Positions 58,850 to 64,000 of a stretch of DNA of 64,000 bases are shown here, in pieces. The position numbers were made by a program, and so were the translations under genes. Position 1 is the stretch's first letter, and each line of letters opens with the position of its first letter. Source of the DNA: Camelus ferus (taxonomy: Eukaryota); assembly GCF_009834535.1 (NCBI RefSeq), contig NC_045705.1, positions 32,240,001 to 32,304,000 of the forward strand. The letters run 5' to 3'. The notes beneath the pieces were generated by a model. It had not been told where the DNA came from and did not search any database. It saw only the letters and a list, made by a program, of their open reading frames with translations.

Positions 58850-59794
58850 TCACAGACATGAAGGGATCCTTGTCCTGGGAACTGCATTCCATAGAGCCTT
58901 CTTCACTTCCTTATTCCTGAGGCTGTAGATCAGAGGGTTCAACATGGGGATGACCACCGTGTAGAACACGGAAGCCACTTTGTCTTGACTCAGGGAGTAG
59001 CTGGAACTAGGTCTCAGGTAAGTGTAGGTGGAGGTGGAACAGAACAGAATGATGGCTGTCAGGTGAGAGGCACACGTGGAGAAGGCTTTGCGCCTGCCCT
59101 CCCCGGAATGCATCCGAAAGATGGAGAAGAGAATGCAGCCGTAGGAGGCGAGGATCACCAGCAGAGTCCCGACCATATTCACACCAGCAAATGTGGACAA
59201 AATGACTTCATACAGGTGAGTGTCAGAACACGAGAGCTTAAAAATTGGAGGGTTGTCACAGAAGAAGTGATGGATGACCCTGGACCCGCAGAATGGCAAG
59301 CTGCTTACATAACCTGTGTGAACCATGGAGTTCAACAGCCCTGCTGTGAAAGACCCAGCTGCCATTTTTAGGCAGACTGTTCTGGACATGATCAAGGAGT
59401 AACGCAGAGGGTTGCAGATGGCCACATACCGGTCATAGGCCATTAACCCAAAAGTGATGCATTCAGTTGTGGCAAAGGCTATGAAGAAGTACATCTGCAG
59501 GAAGCAGCCAGCAAAGGAGATGGTTTTCTTCTCCGACAATAAATCTGCCAGCATCTTTGGAGTGATGGTGGATGAATAACAAACGTCCATAAAAGACAGG
59601 TGAGCCAGGAGGAAATACATGGGAGTGTGAAGTCGGGACTCCATCCTGATTAATAAGATCATCCCAACATTCCCCAGAACTGTAAGTGTGTAAATCACAG
59701 CAAAAAGCAGAAAGAGGAGAATCTGTAGCCCTGGCGTGTCTGCTAATCCCAACAGGAGGAACTCAGTCAGCAAAGTGTAATTTTTTCTGGCCAT
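58850..59794 (-). CDS. OR5F1: Olfactory receptor 5F1-like, copy B (314 aa; carries Y252C)
   Basis: Same motifs as 28071-29027. About 98% nucleotide identity to copy A at a constant offset of 30767. Confidence 0.95.
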   Translation of the reverse strand: MARKNYTLLTEFLLLGLADTPGLQILLFLLFAVIYTLTVLGNVGMILLIRMESRLHTPMYFLLAHLSFMDVCYSSTITPKMLADLLSEKKTISFAGCFLQMYFFIAFATTECITFGLMAYDRYVAICNPLRYSLIMSRTVCLKMAAGSFTAGLLNSMVHTGYVSSLPFCGSRVIHHFFCDNPPIFKLSCSDTHLYEVILSTFAGVNMVGTLLVILASYGCILFSIFRMHSGEGRRKAFSTCASHLTAIILFCSTSTYTYLRPSSSYSLSQDKVASVFYTVVIPMLNPLIYSLRNKEVKKALWNAVPRTRIPSCL

Positions 59795-60604
59795 TATTAC
59801 AGATATAGTGTGCCTAAACTTGTATTACTTGTCAGTATCCCCCCCTACTCCCAAAGTTTCCAGGAAATAATAGAAATGTTACTGAAGTTAGTAACACATG
59901 GGAAAAATAAAACCCCTGCGATAATAGAGCATAGTAAACAGAGTGACTATCATAAAAGGAAACTTAATGGACAAATGAAAACATTGGAATTTATTAAACA
60001 ATTGAGAGTATTGAATGAATCTCAGCTGTAAGAGTCTCAAATCACTAAGTCCACATGATCCATTTCAGCTTCTGAAAATGCAACATATATACGCTATTCT
60101 TTCTCTACTGGCCCACATCCAAATTGCAAACTATAGAAATGCCCAGGCTGAAGTCTCTCCCATTCTCTGAACAGGTACGAGTTTGACTCAAATGCATTTT
60201 TTTTTCTCCTCAAGACCACTCTGTGTATTCTTCAACTCTAAAATCCATGCATTGCCACCCAGAATTTGCTCTTTTGTTCTCCAAGCAGTAAAAGTAGCCC
60301 ATTTCAAATAACCAATATTTTGACATCTATATAGTCTTAAGAATGTTTTCGTGGTGTTTTTAAAGTGAACCAAACCGCTGTTCTCATTACAAACTGCACT
60401 GTCAAATCAGTGCCGTGCAGTAGTAGGCACTGCTCCTGCCCACGGCTGTGAATGACAGCCCCAGACACTTACAGCTTCCTTCCCAGTGTCTTCCTTGTCT
60501 GGTCCATTATTTTCTTTTTTATCAGAGTCCTGAGTAAGTCCTGAAGCTTACAAACAGAAAGAAAAACATTTTCATTTTTCAAATGACATGCAATGTAGTG
60601 ATGA

Positions 60605-60810
60605 TTGGAATTACCTGTACAATTTGGAGACAACTTTTGAGTGTATACAGATTGCTGCCCTTTTATCTGGCTTCTCCTTAAGGAGGATCAGGTCACCATG
60701 GAGACTAGGTTATAGGTTTTAATGCTGGAGTCAATCCTCTAAAGGCAGAAACTCTAGTCTCAAAAGGAAATAAAATATGATCACATGGCTCTTTAATCAT
60801 AAACTGGTTC
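60605..60810 (-). promoter_or_regulatory. Putative promoter/first exon of OR5F copy B
   Basis: Homologous to 29900-30130; donor at 60614-60613. Confidence 0.4.
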
Positions 60811-60954
60811 CTGACCTCCATGCTACTTGGAAGTTTTTTGTCAAAGTAAAAAAAAATAATGATAATAATTGGCTATGTAATTGCTTCTTTATTTGAAGTT
60901 TTAGCTTATCCAAAAAGACTACACAGCCCACAGCCAAATTATTATTCTCCCCTT

Positions 60955-60994
60955 TGTGTGTGTGTGTGTGTGTGTGTGTGTACATGTGTGTGTA
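60955..60994. repeat. (TG)13 microsatellite plus short extension
   Basis: Directly visible; the homologous site in unit A (~30275-30296) is only a short interrupted TG run. Confidence 0.95.
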
Positions 60995-61136
60995 CCCCCC
61001 CTTATCTGGCTAAGTTTAACCTCCATTCCAACTCTGTTCTTAAGTGAAATAAATGGGAAAGGGATACTAACTAAATCTGTTGTTTAAAAAAACGCTGTAA
61101 CCTCAGCAATTAAGACAATGGATTAAGAAAACCTAA

Positions 61137-62520
61137 CTTTTTAAATTGAAGTATAGTTGATTTACAGTATTGCATTCGTTTCAAAGGTACAGAATAATGA
61201 TTCAGTATTTCTGTAGATTATAAACCATTAAAAATGATTACAAGAGAACGGCTATAATTTCCTGTGCTTTACAATATGTCCTTGTTGCTGATCTATTTTT
61301 AAACATGGCAGTTTGTAACTCTTAAACACATACCCCTAACTGCATGCCCCCCCATTTCCCTCTTCCTTTTGGTAACCACGGCTTTGCTTCCTGTGTCTGT
61401 GAGTCTGTTTATGTTTTGCATATACATTCATTTGTATTATTTTTTAGATTCCACATGTAAGAGCTATCTATCATATAGTATTTTTCNNNNNNNNNNNNNN
61501 NNNNNNNNNNNNNNNNNNNNNNNNNNNNNNNNNNNNNNNNNNNNNNNNNNNNNNNNNNNNNNNNNNNNNNNNNNNNNNNNNNNNNNNNNNNNNNNNNNNN
61601 NNNNNNNNNNNNNNNNNNNNNNNNNNNNNNNNNNNNNNNNNNNNNNNNNNNNNNNNNNNNNNNNNNNNNNNNNNNNNNNNNNNNNNNNATAGTGCTGCTA
61701 TGAATATTGGTGGGTGTGTAATTTATCTTTTTGAATTAGTGTTTTTGTTTTTACCAGGTATTTCCCAGGAGATGAATTGCTGGACCATACGGTAGTCTAT
61801 TTTTAGTTTTTATACTGTTTTCTATAGTAGCTGCACCAATTTACATTTCCCCCAACTGTGTACGAAGGTTCCCTTTTCTCCATGTCCTCTCTAACCTTTG
61901 TTTCTTAAAGACTTTTTACTATCAGCCATTCAGACAGATGTGAGGTGATATCTAATTGTCATTTTGATTTGCATTTCTATAATAATTTTCATGTGCCTGT
62001 TAGCCAACTGTGTGTCTTCTTTGGAAAACTCTCTGTTTAGGTCTTCTGCCCATTTATTTTGATTGGGTTGTTTGTTTATTTTGATATTGAGAAGCATGAG
62101 GTATTTATATATTTTGCACATTAACATCTTGCCAGTCATATCATTTGAAAATATTTCCTCCCATTCCATAGGTTGTCTTTTGTTTTGCTGATGGTTTCGT
62201 TTGCTGTGCAAAAGCTTTTAAGTTTAATTAGGTCTCATTTATTTATTTTTGCTCTTATTTATTTTGCCTTCAGAGACAGATCCAAAAATATATTGCTATA
62301 AAAATGTCCAAGTGTGTTCTGCTTATGTTCTCTTCTAGCAGTTTTATGGTTTCTGGTCTTACATTTAGGTCTTTAATACGTTTTGAGTTTATTTTTGTGA
62401 GGAAATGTTCAAATCTTACTGTTTTACATGTAGCTGTCCAATTTTCCCAGCACCACTTTTTGAGAAGACTGTCTTTTCTCCACTGTATATTTTTGCCTCC
62501 TTTGTCACAGTTTGACCATA
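61137..62520 (-). mobile_element. L1 (ORF2 C-terminus + 3' UTR) spanning an assembly gap
   Basis: Minus-strand ORFs [11 protein letters not shown]...[23 protein letters not shown] and [28 protein letters not shown]. Confidence 0.9.
61487..61688. other. Assembly gap (202 N)
   Basis: Run of N. Confidence 1.
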
Positions 62521-64000
62521 AGTGCATAAGTTGATTCCTATGACTTTGTCAGGCTTGGGAGAACGTCTTATGGGGTCACTTTCTTAATGAGAGTATGAGG
62601 TTCTCAAGTGCAAACATTACTGTCCTGCCACCAATGACTCCTCTTGTGAAAATACAGGAAGAATGGGAAACAGCCGAAGCTGCTACAGTAATGGAAAATT
62701 TCTAAATGGTCTCACAGGCTTTAAATCCAGCTGGAAGTTTGCCTTGACAATAACTGCTGCTCTTGGTGTTTCTTTTATAATGTATTCATTCTCATTATGT
62801 AAAAATTAATATTTTAAGGGATGACTATGGAGCTTTTTAGAATTATTTTCCACGGAGGGAGGGACCATGAAATACATCTTGGGATAAAGACGTAACCAAG
62901 TTTGAGCCCCTTACATTCTGTACGGTGTCTTTCCTACTGACAGCTTTCTCTTCAGTTCCATTACTGACTTGCTTCTTGATAAACTTAATGGATTTGTTTG
63001 TTTTTTAACTTAATAATGGCTCAAGAAGTTTACACATCTTCATTCTGTGTATTTATATACATATTTATTTTTCTTCTGATTAACTTATGAGGCAGTATAG
63101 AAATTTTATATTAATTCACAAAAAAGATAAACTCTCATATTTGATAATTATATCTTTTGAGGATGTATAAATCAGGTGCTCATCAAAAGGATGTTACATT
63201 TTATGAGATGCAGAGTTAGTTCTATATTATCATGTGTCAGTAACTCATCTATTACCAAAAAAATACTCTGCGAAAAAGGAGTCTGAAAGTTCACTTTAAA
63301 TGAACTAACCATCTTTGTTAATCATTGAGTTATCCGATAACGATAATACTATTTTTTGTCAATTCAACTTTCCACATATCTTGATTTAATTAAATAAGAA
63401 TGTTGTATCCTCTCTAATCCAACATTTTTCAAAGATTTCAAAGATTTTGACATCAAAAATAGAATGAAATCCTTAATCACAAAAATCTACACAACTGTAT
63501 TCACAAAACACATTAATAACAGAATGTATCATCTTCAGTTACTCGTTTATATTTTTCTCTTTCATAATTTTCTAATAAACTTTTTTAGAGCACAAATCTT
63601 TATAATTATTGGCCAGGTTAATAGAACAGTGTCTGTCATATGGTAGACATTCAATAAATATTTGTAGGTAAAGGAATAAATTAATGAATAGGCTTGATTA
63701 TATTTTAAAATGTAACTTTTAAAATCTTTAAGTCAGTTTTATAAATGATTAGATTAATGATTCATCACTTCTTAGATTGTGAATATTTTTATGCATGTCC
63801 TTTATCTAAGGGTTAATCTCAAGATGCTAATATTTTACTCTAATAAGTATATTCAATTTAATAAGATAAATATATGTAATAAGTTGTAATTTAAGAATGT
63901 AGGACAAACAGGGCCTTTTTTCATTTCTGTTGCTAAAATGCATGTGTTTTTATTTTAATAGAAAAGAATGAAAATATGTTGATTCATTAAATAGCTGTGA

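Larger units (their letters stand above)
37540..61125. repeat. Segmental duplication unit B (OR10AG + extra family-10 OR + OR5F)
   Basis: Homologous to 15580-30425 plus B-only segments: LTRs at 40167 and 42044, the ~44855-52570 block and the L1 at 53410. Confidence 0.9.

Noticed and set aside
16393-59822. Units A and B as two haplotypes or a very recent duplication
   Set aside because: The non-coding flanks are about 15-30% divergent with private transposons, which is incompatible with allelic or recent copies.
1008-63646. Remaining 60-100-aa ORFs in the track
   Set aside because: Low-complexity or repeat-derived frames of the length expected by chance; many start at non-ATG codons.
62520-64000. 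Possible further OR gene or fragment at the window end
   Set aside because: No OR motifs found in either strand; AT-rich intergenic sequence.

Overview
AT-rich mammalian class II olfactory receptor (OR) cluster. The repeat content (tRNA-derived SINE at 15.6 kb, lineage-type L1 3' tails) points to a camelid genome; this is an inference from recalled repeat consensus sequences. There are seven OR open reading frames: two OR5T-type genes on + (the first lacks a proper ATG and has broken motifs, so is probably non-functional), two OR10AG1-like, one further family-10 OR and two OR5F1-like genes, all on -. The window is built from two old tandem duplications: an OR5T unit (~3.3-6.6 kb vs ~7.35-14.4 kb) and an OR10AG-OR5F unit (A ~15.6-30.4 kb vs B ~37.5-61.1 kb). 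The rest is L1, ERVL/MLT2, ERV1-type LTRs, MaLR, Tigger, MIR/L2, microsatellites and two assembly gaps. The strongest signal is that duplicate flanks are only about 70-88% identical by eye, while the OR coding regions are 98-99.5% identical (or mosaic) with sharp borders. This indicates recent, CDS-centred gene conversion in all three gene pairs, which also differ at TGA/CG(N) codons that set tail length. I see no CRISPR array, RNA gene or clearly new biological system. The findings are evolutionary and regulatory oddities of an OR cluster.
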